Shown: one piece after another, positions 14,616 through 15,082 of the stretch
How positions within the stretch are numbered: position 1 is the first letter of the stretch
Layout: every line of letters begins with the position of its first letter
Assembly: GCA_963832165.1 (NCBI GenBank)
Contig: CAWHTE010000010.1
Location: 1-15,082 of the forward strand
DNA: 15,082 bases
From: an uncultured delta proteobacterium
Lineage (GTDB): Bacteria > Myxococcota_A > UBA9160 > SMWR01
Direction of reading: 5' to 3'
The notes under the pieces: model-generated
What the model was told of the DNA's origin: nothing
The model's input: only the letters and a program-made list of their open reading frames with translations
Databases searched by the model: none
Translations under genes and position numbers: made by a program

Positions 14616-14648
14616 GGCGGGATCCGCCTTCGGCTCCTCCCGCCCTAC
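14616..14648 (-). repeat. GTAG-type REP-like element overlapping the yjbQ stop codon
   Basis: - strand GTAGGGCGGGAGGAGCCGAAGGCGGATCCCGCC, 32/33 identical to 12358-12390. The TAG of its GTAG is the stop codon at 14645-14647. Confidence 0.82.
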
Positions 14649-15058
14649 CCCTCGACCAGATGCACGGCGACCTGGCGCGTGCGCGGGCCGTCGAACTCGA
14701 AGAGCCAGACCGCCTGCCACTTCCCGAGCAGGAGCTCGCCGTCGACGATCGGGATCAGCTCCGACGGCCCCAACAGCGACGCCTTCAGGTGCGAATGGGC
14801 GTTGTCGTTCTTGAGATCGTGGAGCCAGTCGTTCTCGGTCGGGATCAGCGACCCGAGCGCGCGCAGGATGTCCTTGCCGATGTTCGGATCGGCGGTCTCG
14901 TTGACGACGATGGCGCAGGTCGAGTGCAACACCATCGCGTGGCACAGCCCGCGCGCGAGACCCGCGCGCTCGACGATGTCCCGCACGCGCGCGGTGATGT
15001 CGAAGGACTGCTGCGCTTCGCGCGTCTCGACCGTGAAGATCTCGGTGCTGCCGGCCAT
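14645..15058 (-). CDS. yjbQ: UPF0047 / YjbQ family protein (secondary thiamine-phosphate synthase-like), 137 aa
   Basis: DIT..V, HSTCAIVVNETADPNIGKD, HD..NDNAHSHLKASLLGPS, LLLGKWQAVWLFEFDGPRTR. Confidence 0.93.
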   Translation of the reverse strand: MAGSTEIFTVETREAQQSFDITARVRDIVERAGLARGLCHAMVLHSTCAIVVNETADPNIGKDILRALGSLIPTENDWLHDLKNDNAHSHLKASLLGPSELIPIVDGELLLGKWQAVWLFEFDGPRTRQVAVHLVEG

Positions 15059-15061
15059 CCA

Positions 15062-15082
15062 TCACACCCGCTGCAGGAAGGG
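15062..15082 (-). CDS. Possible 3' end of an upstream gene running off the window
   Basis: Frame CCC TTC CTG CAG CGG GTG TGA (PFLQRV*) ends 3 nt before the yjbQ ATG. No clear RBS-containing intergenic gap. Only 7 codons are visible. Confidence 0.35.
   Translation of the reverse strand, partial: PFLQRV

Noticed and set aside
12358..14648. Classical IS, composite transposon or MITE
   Set aside because: No transposase and no target-site duplication at the outer ends; the repeats fit the REP pattern instead.
13..15065. Numerous Arg/Ala/Ser/Pro-rich ORFs in alternative frames (e.g. 1966-3246, 12071-12994, 13609-14520)
   Set aside because: Typical off-frame products of high-GC coding DNA that overlap well-supported genes.

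Overview
GC-rich bacterial window with two convergent blocks. (1) A giant, 5'-truncated + strand gene (2..12307, >=4101 aa). It encodes a class III nucleotide cyclase with non-canonical base-specifying residues, a STAND/AAA NTPase, a TPR-like helical region, and 11 tandem ~270-295 aa units that each appear to hold two NTF2/SnoaL-like domains (~22 in total). This looks like an NLR-like signalling protein with a very large array of putative ligand pockets, built from two repeat families, with near-identical DNA junctions in the C-terminal family. (2) A - strand run of yjbQ-like, GFA-family, AraC-family, VOC/glyoxalase and SRPBCC genes. An exact 15-bp motif (GCAAGATTCTCCAAG) plus a TAGCNT -10-like hexamer precedes both the GFA and VOC genes, and one copy lies inside the 3' end of araC. 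Three GTAG-type REP-like hairpins are present: an inverted pair between the convergent stops, and one whose GTAG supplies the yjbQ stop. Two of them are 32/33 identical and bracket the four-gene cassette in inverted orientation. No rRNA, tRNA, CRISPR or transposase was seen. All family calls come from visual motif recognition, not database searches.
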